This document shows, piece by piece, positions 20,205 to 30,829 of a stretch of 64,000 nt of DNA. The stretch is from Gemmatimonadales bacterium. Its GTDB lineage: Bacteria > Gemmatimonadota > Gemmatimonadetes > Gemmatimonadales > GWC2-71-9. The position numbers were made by a program, and so were the translations under genes. Where the stretch lies: contig OZ252244.1 in assembly GCA_965249575.1 (NCBI GenBank), forward strand, positions 1,120,001-1,184,000, in the 5' to 3' direction. Position 1 is the first letter of the stretch. Each line of letters begins with the position of its first letter. The notes under the pieces are model-generated. The model made no database searches. It saw nothing but the letters and a program-made list of their open reading frames with translations, and was not told the origin of the DNA.

Positions 20205-20251
20205 ATCACCTAACACTGCGGGCGCAGGAGCTCGCTGAGTAGTGCGCTTTC

Positions 20252-20278
20252 GGGACATTGACCGGCCCAGGTGGGACA
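20252..20278 (-). promoter_or_regulatory. TGTCCC-N15-TGTCCC direct-repeat site
   Basis: 21-bp period, 47 nt upstream of paralog 2 ATG. Confidence 0.65.
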
Positions 20279-20568
20279 CAGGGCTTGGTGAGACAACTTG
20301 ACCGTACTGCAGACATGCAGCCTGGACGTACGGTCCGCAAGGCGATCGGCGGGAAGCCAGAAACCGTACTGAGAGAGCCGCGGCCTAACGGCGCAGGAGG
20401 CCGATGGTGAGCAAGAGGAGGTGAGCGGTAGCGGGGAGATTCGGGCCCGCATCGAAGACCTGAAGATGCCAGTCCACGTTGGCCTGGGGGAGTCCCCCAC
20501 CCTCATATAGGGGATTCCCCTAGGGCTCGGCCTGCCCAGGCCTCTACCGCCGCGCCCCCCCGCAAAAC

Positions 20569-20595
20569 TGTCCCATCCGCGACTGTTGATGTCCC
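20569..20595 (+). promoter_or_regulatory. TGTCCC-N15-TGTCCC direct-repeat site
   Basis: 21-bp period, TACTAT -10-like hexamer 32 nt downstream. Confidence 0.65.
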
Positions 20596-20676
20596 AAGAC
20601 CGCACTTTCCCCGTGGTGGACCATGGGTACTATCAGATTGGAGCTTGGCCCGAACACTGAATCGAGGTTTGAGACC

Positions 20677-21726
20677 ATGCGAACCCTCCCCGGAAGGTCT
20701 CAAGAGCCCGCACGGCGGCGACGGACCCTGACCCATTGGGCGTGCCCCGCCCTCTTGGGAACCGTCCTCACCGCATGCGCCCCCGGGGATTCGGCGGAGC
20801 CATCCGCCGAGATCCGCACTGGCCTACAGGCAGCCGTTGTGGGCAGCGCGGCACAGGCCCTCGGCGACGATGGGCTCTTCGCCTACTCCCCTACACCGCT
20901 TGCAGCAGACGAGCTGACCCTAGAGGAGGCGCGCAGAATCGCGGTGTTGCACATACGGGATTTCGCGCGGTTCCTCCGCGAGACGCTGGAGGAGGACCGG
21001 GGCGGGCCGATCGACACCGAGTCGCTCGAACTCTGTGGCCGCGGCTATTACGCCGAGAGCCCGTACGAGCCCATCCCTGACGACGTCCCAGGCCTGACGG
21101 CACCGCTCCGCCGCGTGTACGGATCGTGGTGGATCTTTGGGGTCTGCGGACCAGACGGCGAGCTGCTGGTGAGTCAGGCGGTCTCGTCGCGCACCAGCTA
21201 CCGAGAGGTGGACGGGCGTCTACGTCCTCAGCCCGGTATCGTCGCTGGCAACGACTTCTTCACGGTCGGCGTGCCGCGTGGGTGGGACAGCCCCGTCGGT
21301 CTGTCGCCTGAGCGCGCCGCGCTCCGGGCCGCCGAGCAGACCGGGCGCTCCGTCACCGGCATGCCGCGCTTGGTCGCAAGTGACCTCCAACAGGGTTACC
21401 CGCAGTCCGCTTTGTGGGAGATCGAGCTCAATCAGGTCGCGCGACTGCGCGAGGCGGTCAGCGGTGAGGTGCGCCACACCCAAAAGATGTATCTCGGTCT
21501 GAAGAGTGATCTCCGAACGGAGGACCCACCGGATGGGGTGCTCCGGGTGGCGCGCCCCGGCCAGCAGGACGAAATCGTCGTCCGCTACCCGATTCTCAAG
21601 CCTCGGGAACTCCAGCGACCCGGGGAGTCGCCGGTGTCCGGCAGCGGACTCGTTACGGTGCGACGGCGCGCGGATCTTCCGGTTCTGTTTGATCGTGCCG
21701 TCCCAGAGGGAGGAGCTGTTCGATGA
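20677..21726 (+). CDS. Hypothetical lipoprotein
   Basis: VLTAC lipobox, long ORF. Confidence 0.75.
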   Translation: MRTLPGRSQEPARRRRTLTHWACPALLGTVLTACAPGDSAEPSAEIRTGLQAAVVGSAAQALGDDGLFAYSPTPLAADELTLEEARRIAVLHIRDFARFLRETLEEDRGGPIDTESLELCGRGYYAESPYEPIPDDVPGLTAPLRRVYGSWWIFGVCGPDGELLVSQAVSSRTSYREVDGRLRPQPGIVAGNDFFTVGVPRGWDSPVGLSPERAALRAAEQTGRSVTGMPRLVASDLQQGYPQSALWEIELNQVARLREAVSGEVRHTQKMYLGLKSDLRTEDPPDGVLRVARPGQQDEIVVRYPILKPRELQRPGESPVSGSGLVTVRRRADLPVLFDRAVPEGGAVR

Positions 21727-22580
21727 CGTTACGCGCGCGGTTCCAACCCGTTTCGGTCGTGGCGGTGCTGAGCCTTGTGGCCTGTGTGGGGTCCCCGGAC
21801 CCCACTACCGGATGCTACATCGAGAGCGCCAACGCCGAATGGCAAAACGCCGTTATCCAGGCCAGTGTCACACAGCCGAACATGTGCCCCTTCCTGATTC
21901 CGTCGGGGACCACGATGAACCAGCAGTTCGCCGGGACGATTCGTGGGGAACCGGGCTGGATCACCACGTCCTTCGAGGGGCTACCGGTCGTGGAGTGGTC
22001 AATCGCATACACGAGAGTGTTCAACAACGCGCTCGAAGTGGTGAGTGCAGGGGGGGCAGCGATCCAGAATAACTTCGCGTTTGGGACGGCGACCCTGCCC
22101 CGGGCGGAGATCAGCGTCGACTACACGGCCGGTACGTCACCATATGGGTTCCCACCGGGCGTCCCTCGGCATGACCTCGGACACGTGAAGATCCACCAGG
22201 ACTCGTATTTCCCAACCCAGATCGCCGAGGGCGCCGCCCGCCTCACCTACACAACCAATCCCCAGGTGTCTATTGCCGCTCCATCCTCCGGCTGGCCATA
22301 TACGCCAGTCAACCTCTCTGTCACCGTCAATAACGCCGCTAACCCGATTAGCTACTCGTGGTACATCAACGGCCAATACGCCGGCTGGACGACTCCCAAC
22401 GTGAGCTTCTCGGGCGCCGTGGGGACCTGGACGCTGCGTGCGGACGCATCAGACGCGGACGGAGATGTCGGGTCCGCCACCCACATCCTGTACATCCTCG
22501 ACCCCGGGTGCGCACCACCCAAGGACGGGATCGAGCCAGATTCCACCGCGGGCGACCCGGCGTACATCCCGACCTGCTGA
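21723..22580 (+). CDS. Hypothetical lipoprotein with C-terminal Ig/PKD-like domain
   Basis: LVAC lipobox, SYSWYING, ATGA overlap with upstream gene. Confidence 0.75.
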   Translation: MTLRARFQPVSVVAVLSLVACVGSPDPTTGCYIESANAEWQNAVIQASVTQPNMCPFLIPSGTTMNQQFAGTIRGEPGWITTSFEGLPVVEWSIAYTRVFNNALEVVSAGGAAIQNNFAFGTATLPRAEISVDYTAGTSPYGFPPGVPRHDLGHVKIHQDSYFPTQIAEGAARLTYTTNPQVSIAAPSSGWPYTPVNLSVTVNNAANPISYSWYINGQYAGWTTPNVSFSGAVGTWTLRADASDADGDVGSATHILYILDPGCAPPKDGIEPDSTAGDPAYIPTC

Positions 22581-22701
22581 GGCGACCCGACCAATCGGCG
22601 TATCGTATCTCAGCTGAGCGCCGCGCTGGCGCTTACATTGTCAAGGCGACCCCCCCGTGCGATCCTCGGGAGCCGCTGGCTCTCCCCTTACTTGTCGTTC
22701 C

Positions 22702-23172
22702 TCAACGTCTTCTCACGCTATCGCCGCGATCACTGGGGTGACGTGGCAATAGCGGCCACCCGATACACGCCCAGAACTCGTGATACCGCGGAACGCTGCC
22801 GTCCATCGGCCCGTTCGTCCACACGTGGGTGGGATCCCGTCGCAACACGCTGAAGCTATACCGGGCGCGCGACGTGTCGGGGGCCAGCGGTACTCCGTAG
22901 GCTCGGAAATGCCATGCGCTATCTCCCGGCTGGGGCTCGACGCGTCGCACCTCTGGCAACACGGTGTCACGGCCTGTGAGCTCGGCGGGCCACAGCCGGG
23001 CGGCACAGAGTCCATTGTGGGCCGAGCCGCTCCCGGCAAGCCGGGCGAGAGCCGCGGAATCTGCGTGCTGGAGCGCGCGGACCCATGCCCGCGCCGTCAT
23101 CCACGCCCGGTACTCGGCGGTGCAGGCACCGGTGAGCACCAGCATGGGGATGATTGCGACGAGGTTCCGCAT
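22702..23172 (-). CDS. Hypothetical lipoprotein
   Basis: MRNLVAIIPMLVLTGAC lipobox. Confidence 0.6.
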   Translation of the reverse strand: MRNLVAIIPMLVLTGACTAEYRAWMTARAWVRALQHADSAALARLAGSGSAHNGLCAARLWPAELTGRDTVLPEVRRVEPQPGDSAWHFRAYGVPLAPDTSRARYSFSVLRRDPTHVWTNGPMDGSVPRYHEFWACIGWPLLPRHPSDRGDSVRRR

Positions 23173-23241
23173 GGCATGCTCGGTCGCCCGACCCGGCGCG
23201 CTCGCTCTCCTACGGGTGATGAACGGCGGCTCCTCAATAGG

Positions 23242-23541
23242 TCAGTACTCTCGCGCTCTCAGTACCACGAGTGCCTGGGTGCACCACAAGAGCCCGCGTT
23301 CCTTCAAACGCGCGTGGGTTGACTGCTCGCTGTACCGACGGCGACCGGGAGAATCTGCGATTCGCGAGCGTAGAAGCTCCCGGGCGGTCGAAGGCAGCTC
23401 AGACGCGGCCAGCGCGAGGCTCTGGCGTACCATTTCCTTCGCGGCGATGTGACAAGGCAGAACGGTCCCATACGAGACGAGCGCCCAACTGGGCGGGATC
23501 AGCGCGATAACGGTGATCGCAATGAGGACGGCACGCTTCAC
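23242..23541 (-). CDS. Hypothetical membrane-anchored protein
   Basis: KRAVLIAITVIALI hydrophobic N-terminus. Confidence 0.45.
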   Translation of the reverse strand: MKRAVLIAITVIALIPPSWALVSYGTVLPCHIAAKEMVRQSLALAASELPSTARELLRSRIADSPGRRRYSEQSTHARLKERGLLWCTQALVVLRAREY

Positions 23542-23611
23542 AGTGACCAACCTCGGTCGTCCATTACTGAAGGCTCGTTGGAAGATACTCCTGCACCCCG
23601 TTAACTGCCCG

Positions 23612-24427
23612 TTAATGAGCGAGCAGCCTGGCGGCAGGCCGAGAGGCCACCGAGGGGCGTCTGCCAGCGGTTTGATCGGTAGCCTCACTTCGCTCAGACA
23701 GGTAGTGGTGCCACAGGATTCTTGCCGCCACGGACCGCCACGGTCTCCATCTGCTCGCGATGCGCCGGAGTCGCTCGGGGGTTGGCCGTGTTCGCAGTCG
23801 CTTCACACCCCGAACGGCATTCGCCAACGCCAGATCTCCGTCGGGCCACACGTCCGCTCGTCGCAGGGCCATGAGCAGGTAGATATCCGCGGTACAGGGA
23901 CCAATTCCCCGCATTTCCAGTAGCGCAGCCCTTACGTCATCGTCATCCGCGCGGGAAACCTTCCGCAGGTTCAATCCTCCCGCTTCAATGCGCCGAGCCA
24001 GATCGAGACAGTACCCTGCCTTTTGACCGGTGAACCCCAGCCGCCGGATCTCTGCCAGCGACCGTCGAGCGACCGTCTCGGGGATTATGCGCCCGACAGC
24101 ATCCTGTAATCGGCGGAAGGTCGACTCCGCAGAAGCCAGAGAAACCTGTTGCTCGAGGATGATACGAAGCAGCGTCGCAAAAGTTGGTCGTCGCGCCCAC
24201 AGTAGGGGCGGGCCGAACTTCTGCACCACTCGGCGCAAGTCGGTGTCCCGGGAACACAGCTCATCCACCGCCTTGCGCAACGTCTTGCGGGAGACCAGGC
24301 GCACCGACGGCGGGTCAGCGCCTACGACCGGTCTTTTCGGTATACCGTGCAAGACGCTGCCCGACCCCAGGTGAATCAGGCCTGCCGGGTGTGTGCCATG
24401 GATCGTTGGACAGGCACGGGACAACAC
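23612..24427 (-). CDS. DNA-3-methyladenine glycosylase II (AlkA, HhH-GPD) family; start uncertain
   Basis: ILEQQVSLASA, MRGIGP.TA, DVWPDGDLAL, WRPWRSVAA. Confidence 0.9.
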   Translation of the reverse strand: MLSRACPTIHGTHPAGLIHLGSGSVLHGIPKRPVVGADPPSVRLVSRKTLRKAVDELCSRDTDLRRVVQKFGPPLLWARRPTFATLLRIILEQQVSLASAESTFRRLQDAVGRIIPETVARRSLAEIRRLGFTGQKAGYCLDLARRIEAGGLNLRKVSRADDDDVRAALLEMRGIGPCTADIYLLMALRRADVWPDGDLALANAVRGVKRLRTRPTPERLRRIASRWRPWRSVAARILWHHYLSERSEATDQTAGRRPSVASRPAARLLAH

Positions 24428-24549
24428 GCGCCAGCGGCCGCTCGTCCGACTTCGGGATGTTGGGCTCCGCCATGGCCGTCACCTCTGTCGGCACTACGTC
24501 CAAGATGGCAGTTTTGGAGGTCCCCCGCCGAACATCGGAGATACCTCGT

Positions 24550-24987
24550 ATGAAGTGGTCAACATCCCTCCTCGTGGTCCTGCTCTGGGTGAGTGTTCCG
24601 TCGATCACGACCGGGCAGGCGGTGACGGATCTCAACTCGCCGTACCGAACGCTGACGGGTGACATGGCAGCCATCACACTGTCTGAGCTGATTAAGCTGC
24701 GAACGGATTTCAAGGATCCGACGCTCGTTACCTTTGAGCCAGCGGACACACTGATCGACGTAGAGATCTATGGCAACCCAGGCTACGGGAGCAAGACCGA
24801 CCGCGCACGGGAGGTGGTAGGTATGTACTGGGACTTCATTCAGGCGGCCCACATCCCGTACATGGAGCGGCGATTCGGCATCCAGCTGTCAGAGCTGCAG
24901 TATCGGATCATCTATTACGATCGGAATGCTGATCCTGAGGAGCAATTGCTCTTGCAGTTCGTCCAGGGTCACTATCTGCTGCAGTAA
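24550..24987 (+). CDS. Hypothetical secreted protein
   Basis: Signal peptide MKWSTSLLVVLLWV. Confidence 0.7.
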   Translation: MKWSTSLLVVLLWVSVPSITTGQAVTDLNSPYRTLTGDMAAITLSELIKLRTDFKDPTLVTFEPADTLIDVEIYGNPGYGSKTDRAREVVGMYWDFIQAAHIPYMERRFGIQLSELQYRIIYYDRNADPEEQLLLQFVQGHYLLQ

Positions 24988-25227
24988 GCACTCCGTGCTG
25001 AAGTCATCCAGTTCGCCGAACCAGAGCCAACACCGGTGGAGCGGTTCTCCACCCACCCTGCACGAACTGGCCGCGCGATCGACTGAGATCGCCCGCCCTT
25101 GGGCGTCGCCGCGCTCTGCGGAATGAACGCTGCTCGCGGCGGCGGCGCACCACACCGATACGATAGAGCTCCTGCGGACCGATTGCAGGGCGCTTAGGGT
25201 CGGGCACCACACCTGAGGTGAGATACA

Positions 25228-26166
25228 TTGCAGTTTCAGTTGACGGCCGCAGTCATCTCGGACAACACGCTCATCGGTCCCTTCGGTTGCAAAGATGGCG
25301 ATCTTGTGTGCGAGTTCCTCGGCGATCCCGGACAGCCAATCTCCGAGATCGTTGTTCGCAAGAAGGTCCGCGATTACCGAGCTCTTTTGCCGTCCATCGA
25401 TACCAACGGCCAGCTTCCGCACGTGCGTGTTCCGGCGAATCCAGTAAGTGATGAGCTGATTGCGGTGCTCCAGCATTTCGAATCAATCGGGTCGTTTTGG
25501 TGCGGTATTGAGCGGATCGCCTGGCACGATTGCGAGTCGACTTGGGTCCCGGAAACAGCGGCCGAAGGCGAAGAGCTCAGTCTGCTCTCATTTGGCGCCC
25601 TCCGCCGCGTTTATCCGCCACTGCGAGATACCGTTCTCCCGGGCCTCGTTGAAGAGATCATCCGTTTCCGAGGATCATTCAAGCGACTCGTGCTGCCGTT
25701 TTCCTTCTACCGGGAAGGAATGAACGAGTATCGTCAGCACCGGTACATCAACGCGTTCTACAACTTCTATTTCTTCCTAGAGGATCTGTACGGGGAGGGC
25801 CATACCAAGAATCGCAAGGTTCTACAATCGTTCTTGGGTTCCGAGGAGTTGGCTACCGCCGTGCGAACGGCGTTGGAGAAGTTTGCTCAACCGGAGATGG
25901 CAGAGCAGAATGCCGGATTGGCCTTTCATCTTGAAAATGAGAACTGTGACCGGACCGTGGAAGGAGCATTGCGGCTGTTGGTCAACGTTCGTGGCACCTT
26001 ACACCATTTTTCGCAGCACAGTTCGAAGTTCAAGGGTCACCCCCTAAACCACGAGGCGTTCAGAAGTGTAGCTTTTCTGACCATGGCGACGGCCATTGCA
26101 TGTGCAACCGTGGTCATCACGCGTCGGCACCAAAGCGCCCGAGATGCTCGCGGAGCAGGTCTCTGA
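25228..26166 (+). CDS. ApeA/MauJ-like HEPN-domain protein, candidate defence RNase
   Basis: FYREG...AFYNFYFFLE and RGTLHH (R-x4-H); lower GC than flanks. Confidence 0.6.
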   Translation: MQFQLTAAVISDNTLIGPFGCKDGDLVCEFLGDPGQPISEIVVRKKVRDYRALLPSIDTNGQLPHVRVPANPVSDELIAVLQHFESIGSFWCGIERIAWHDCESTWVPETAAEGEELSLLSFGALRRVYPPLRDTVLPGLVEEIIRFRGSFKRLVLPFSFYREGMNEYRQHRYINAFYNFYFFLEDLYGEGHTKNRKVLQSFLGSEELATAVRTALEKFAQPEMAEQNAGLAFHLENENCDRTVEGALRLLVNVRGTLHHFSQHSSKFKGHPLNHEAFRSVAFLTMATAIACATVVITRRHQSARDARGAGL

Positions 26167-26476
26167 GCAGCGGCGCTTCCTCGGCATCGCGTTCGACGGC
26201 TTCGAGAAGTCCATCATGCCGCCGCTCGTGCTCGAGCTTGTGATGGTGGCGATCCTCGTCGCTGCTCATATACAGCTTGGGGCCGCCTGAGCGGGAGACG
26301 GCGTCATCGATCTTCTTCGAAAGCGGCGGCTCAGAGGCAGACCGATGAACGTCGTGGGAGGGGCATCAGCAGAACATCAGCCCGCTGTGACCTGAGCGTT
26401 TAGCGCAAACCGTTGTGTGCGGAAAGTCTCTCGGTGGCAAAGAGAATCTAGGGCTCTGAGTTCAAGGAGACCATCC

Positions 26477-27340
26477 ATGAGTCAACGTACTGTCCTCGTC
26501 ACTGGTGCCACAGGAAAACAAGGCGGAGCCGTGGCGCGCGCCCTTCTCAAGGCCGGCCACGCCGTTCGAGGCCTGACTAGAAACCCTGCTTCGGAAGCAG
26601 CGCGTACCTTTGCGGATCGCGGGGGGGCGCTCGTCAAGGGCGACTTCTCTGACCCCGATTCGATCCGCGCCGCGGTCGCTGGAGGGGACACCGTCTTCGC
26701 GATGAGCACGCCGTTCGAGGCTGGCGTGGAGGCGGAGACGGCGCAAGGCATTGCGCTGGTCGACGCTGCCGTAGAAGCAGGCATCAGTCACTTCGTCTAC
26801 ACCTCAGTGGCATCCGCGGATCAAAACACAGGGATCCCGCACTTCGACAGCAAGTTCGCCGTGGAGCAACACCTGGCGTCCACCGACTTGTCCTGGAGTG
26901 TAATCGCGCCCGTGTACTTCATGGAGAACTTGTTCCTCCCTCAAACCATGGAGGGGCTAAACAACGGCGTCTACGCGGTACCCATGCCTCCGGACGTCCC
27001 GCTGCAACAAGTGGCCGTCGAAGACATCGGCAGCTTCGGCGCTTACGTCGTGTCAAACCGGGATGCTTTCCTGGGGCAACGCATCGACATTGCTGGCGAT
27101 GAGCTCACCGGGGGCGAAACAGCGGAGCTGCTGAGCCAGGTGATGGGTCGAAGCGTCAGCTTCGCCCAGGTGCCTATGGAGCAGATCCGAGCCTTCATGG
27201 AGGACCTTACACTGATGTACGAGTGGTTCATCTCGACGGGCTACTCGGCAGATGTTGCAGGATTGCGCGAGGCATACCCGGAAGTTGGTTGGCACAGGTT
27301 TGCCGAATGGGCTGAGACTGCTGTCAACGCGCAAGCATAG
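26477..27340 (+). CDS. NmrA/HSCARG family NAD(P)-binding protein
   Basis: VTGATGKQGG, PHFDSK, FMEN; AAGGAG RBS. Confidence 0.95.
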   Translation: MSQRTVLVTGATGKQGGAVARALLKAGHAVRGLTRNPASEAARTFADRGGALVKGDFSDPDSIRAAVAGGDTVFAMSTPFEAGVEAETAQGIALVDAAVEAGISHFVYTSVASADQNTGIPHFDSKFAVEQHLASTDLSWSVIAPVYFMENLFLPQTMEGLNNGVYAVPMPPDVPLQQVAVEDIGSFGAYVVSNRDAFLGQRIDIAGDELTGGETAELLSQVMGRSVSFAQVPMEQIRAFMEDLTLMYEWFISTGYSADVAGLREAYPEVGWHRFAEWAETAVNAQA

Positions 27341-27813
27341 AGCATCCCGTGCTGGCGAACTGCTCCTGGCCGGAAAACCTTGGCGGCCTATGCTGCACCA
27401 CCCTAAGTGGGATATCCCCGGCAGCTTATGTGGCTCTGGACCAATTGGTCCCCTTTGCTGGTAACGGGCCGCTGGACTCAGCCAGCCCCCGTCCTATCTT
27501 CCCGCGTTTCACACGCCGTGGGATGGCGTTTCCACGCGCGAGAGGGGCATTCCGAGGGTGTTCGCGGCGATGACCCTGAAGCCGTCCAGGAGGTAGCTGC
27601 ACCAAACGAATACACGGGCGTCTGGGTGAGCAACGAGCCGCTGGACATCAACGAGGGTGCGGCCGGTGACGTACTGCTCTCCGTTCCATACCTCCCCGCC
27701 GGCCTGGAGACACTACCCGGCGGAACACAGCCATCCGTAGATTCAGGGGTTCTCGCTCGCTGTGATCCCCCTGGGTAGCGAGCTCGACGACTGAACCGAG
27801 GACATTCATTGTC

Positions 27814-28836
27814 ATGCTAGCCACCACACTCGCGGTCGCCGCGTTGCTGACACAGGATATGTCTTGGGATGTCGCGGCCTTCCTGCGAAACCACATCGAC
27901 TTCTCCGAGTCCCAGCTTCGACAACTCACTCGCGGAGAGATCGTAGCGAAGATGCTCACGTCCGAAAGCAACCGCGAGATCGCCCTGTTCGCCGCTGCCC
28001 GAATCGCCGTACCGCGAACGCAGGCGTTCACCCAGCTTCGCAACGTTGAGACCCTCATAGGAAGCGAGTACCTGACACAGTTTGGAGAGTTCAGTCGTCC
28101 GCCCGTCGCGTCGGACCTCAAGGATCTGGAGATCGCGCCGGGAGACCTGGATGCCCTGCGCGAGTGTCGGCTTGCCGATTGTGATGTGAACGTCTCCGCC
28201 ACCGTGATCAACGAACTCCGGGCACTCGACTGGTCGTCGCCCGGCATCCGTGCCCCCGTGACGGATTTCGTTCGCCGCCACCTGCTCGACTATGTGCGCA
28301 ACTACCTGACCAACGGAGTCGGCGCGCTCATTGTCTATCAGCACAAACCTGAGCCCCTTGCCCTCGCGGACGGGTTTCAGTTCCTGCTCGAGGAGTCGCC
28401 CTACGTATTCGAGTACGTGCCCGAACTGCACCGGCATCTCCAAGAGTTTCCGGATTGGCAGTCACCCAATGCGCGGGACATGCTCTTCTGGGCGGTGGAG
28501 GAGTTTGGTCTGCGACCGTTGTCGACGGTGACGCATGTTACCATCTATGATCCGCCAGCTGGGAGCGTGCAAGCAAGCGCGATCGCCCTGAAGCGGATCT
28601 ACGCCAGCCACTACTTCCACGCGGGGTTCACGGTGGTCGGGCTGGTCGATTACCTCACGAGCGGGGACGGTGAGGGCACGGTATTGCTCTACCTCGATCG
28701 ATCACTGTTCGACACGAAGGTGGGCGGCATCAAGCGACGGGTGGCCGAAAGTCAGCTGCGAGACAACCTGCGGAGTCGGTTACAGGCCATGCGCCGAGCA
28801 CTAGAGGGAGCTCGGGGCGAACAGGAGGCCCGGTAG
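27814..28836 (+). CDS. Hypothetical secreted protein
   Basis: 340-aa ORF with hydrophobic N-terminus, IYASHYF. Confidence 0.75.
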   Translation: MLATTLAVAALLTQDMSWDVAAFLRNHIDFSESQLRQLTRGEIVAKMLTSESNREIALFAAARIAVPRTQAFTQLRNVETLIGSEYLTQFGEFSRPPVASDLKDLEIAPGDLDALRECRLADCDVNVSATVINELRALDWSSPGIRAPVTDFVRRHLLDYVRNYLTNGVGALIVYQHKPEPLALADGFQFLLEESPYVFEYVPELHRHLQEFPDWQSPNARDMLFWAVEEFGLRPLSTVTHVTIYDPPAGSVQASAIALKRIYASHYFHAGFTVVGLVDYLTSGDGEGTVLLYLDRSLFDTKVGGIKRRVAESQLRDNLRSRLQAMRRALEGARGEQEAR

Positions 28837-28933
28837 GCTGGCGAACATCACGAGAGCCGCAATGGGCTCGTAAGGCCGGGAAGGCCTCGTCCACCCGGAG
28901 TGACTAGTCCCTGTCCCGCTGATTGGCCTAGAA

Positions 28934-29434
28934 TCAGCCCTCTTTTCGCCACACCTCCCACGTCCCGGTCTGTCGCTCACCACTCACCGAGTGATAGGTG
29001 TTGAACGTGCCCTCGATCTTGCCCCCTTCGAGTGCACCCTGGAACGTCGTCGCCAACACGCATCCACACACGGGGTCACGATAGGGAGCTAGCCGCCCGC
29101 TGACCGTGTTGCTCTCGGCCCGAACAAACTCGATCGTCAGCACCTGTGGGACGGGGTTCGCCTCCCGAGCCTGGGGGGCGTATTCCATGGCTTCATCGGA
29201 GCCGGCAGGAATCATGACCACGTCGCCGCGGGCGGTATCCGCACCGGCCGTGAGCGTGAACACAATGCTCCCGCTCCGACCAGAGGCTCGACTGACGTAG
29301 ATACCGCTCCATTCGCCCACGAGGGCACTCATGCCTGCCTCATCGGCGAGGACTGGTATTGGAGCCGGGTTGCTGAAACAGGCTGTGACCACCACGCCTG
29401 TCCCGAGGGTCGCACAAAGGCGTGACGACATCAT
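28934..29434 (-). CDS. Hypothetical lipoprotein
   Basis: VTAC lipobox, GEWSG.Y....GRSGSI.F.L, PYRDP.C.C. Confidence 0.75.
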   Translation of the reverse strand: MMSSRLCATLGTGVVVTACFSNPAPIPVLADEAGMSALVGEWSGIYVSRASGRSGSIVFTLTAGADTARGDVVMIPAGSDEAMEYAPQAREANPVPQVLTIEFVRAESNTVSGRLAPYRDPVCGCVLATTFQGALEGGKIEGTFNTYHSVSGERQTGTWEVWRKEG

Positions 29435-29757
29435 GAGCACGCTCCCGGAGTAAGCCCTGAGTCTCGTCGGAGGAGCTGTCTTCCACCGACATGCTTGGGT
29501 AACCATGTTGCAGAGGCTTCCAAGGCCATGAATGCCTCGGGGAGCTCGGCAGCTGCCGGTGCGGTCTTGCTGCCTCACGGGCGACATTCGTCATCCGTGG
29601 TCGGCCCTGTCCTCCAGCGATCGTGAGAACACGAGGGCTGTCCTCCTTCAGCACTGGGGGAACACCCGGGGGGCGCCGGCAGTTGACAGAATGGTGAGGC
29701 GTCTGATTCTCGGACATGCGTGCTCGCTGGATGATCCATGTGCTGTCCCCGCAACAT

Positions 29758-29976
29758 TCACTCCGAGCGTCCACTGACGAAGAGATACCGCCGGCAAACG
29801 GCGCAGCGCACCAGGATCCGCAACTTCCGGGTCCTCTCATCTGTGACCGGGCCATGAAAGCTCAGCCGACCGTTGCACCGCGGGCAGGCGACGTCCACAC
29901 CGGGCGACCGTGCCTGCGTGCGAATCCGCTCCGCTTCCTGGGGTGAGAACGCTGCGTCCGTATCGCGCTCCGCCAC
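29758..29976 (-). CDS. Small Zn-ribbon protein, paralog 1
   Basis: CPRC...CAVC. Confidence 0.75.
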   Translation of the reverse strand: MAERDTDAAFSPQEAERIRTQARSPGVDVACPRCNGRLSFHGPVTDERTRKLRILVRCAVCRRYLFVSGRSE

Positions 29977-30098
29977 GGACCCACATCCCTCATTTAACTC
30001 TCAGGCAAATGTGCGACCGAGGCACGGGAGCTGGCAATCGGGAATCTCCTAGGCCACTGCTGCGCCGGTCCTTCGGTCCGCTGGTCTCCGCGCCAAGG

Positions 30099-30317
30099 TC
30101 AGGTATGTGCTCCGGTGACAAAGACCTGACGGTGGCAGGTGGCACACCGCACGGTGATCACGGCCATCCGAGTGGCGCGTCGTACGACGGGTTTTTCGAC
30201 ACTCATCGGATCACCGCAGCGCGGACATTCCACGCCGCTCCCAGTGGTGAGCACTATGCGGCGAATCCGAGCCGCCTCCCCTTTTGAGTATGCTGCGTAG
30301 GTATCACCCTCGGTCAC
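30099..30317 (-). CDS. Small Zn-ribbon protein, paralog 2
   Basis: CPRC...CATC. Confidence 0.75.
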   Translation of the reverse strand: MTEGDTYAAYSKGEAARIRRIVLTTGSGVECPRCGDPMSVEKPVVRRATRMAVITVRCATCHRQVFVTGAHT

Positions 30318-30425
30318 CGAGGCTCACCCCTTGTCGACGCCGCCGCCGAGGCGCGGAAGCTGGCTATCGGAAAAACCCCTCCCCCGCCGCTCCCCCGGCT
30401 CGTGCCGGGCATGGGAGAGGGAGAG

Positions 30426-30689
30426 CTAGTGGCCCAGTGTTTTCGGTTGCACCACGACGGGCTTCCCGCGCAATGGGTCACCAGGCAAATCGCTAACGAG
30501 ATAGCGCCGGCAGGTCGCGCAGCGGGCCAGGATACGCAACTTCCGGGTCCGCTCGTCCGGGACGGGGCCGTGAAAGCTCAGCCGGCCGCCGCAACGCGGA
30601 CAGACCACGCCTGTCCCGGGCATGGCTGCCTGCTCGCGAACGCGCTCGGCTTCTTGTACCGAGAACGCCGAGTCGGTTGTGCGCTCCAC
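30426..30689 (-). CDS. Small Zn-ribbon protein, paralog 3
   Basis: CPRC...CATC; AGGAG RBS before GTG. Confidence 0.75.
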   Translation of the reverse strand: MERTTDSAFSVQEAERVREQAAMPGTGVVCPRCGGRLSFHGPVPDERTRKLRILARCATCRRYLVSDLPGDPLRGKPVVVQPKTLGH

Positions 30690-30829
30690 CGGTGCACTCC
30701 TAGTCAACGAAGGAGATTGTGCAACCGATGTTACGGCGGCGCCATCGGGGAAACCCCGAACGACACCATGGGGGTGGGCCCCACCCCCAACACGCAGTGT
30801 GGCCAGCTCGCCCTATCGCAGGTAACGGG

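Noticed and set aside
27570..27778. Short segment EYTGVWVSNEPLDINEGAAGDVLL
   Set aside because: Looks like a gene remnant, but no supportable start or function
22580..28900. Possible integron cassette array (run of unrelated genes; GCTGGCGAAC after two genes)
   Set aside because: No RYYYAAC...GTTRRRY attC hairpins found, mixed orientations, and no IntI-like integrase
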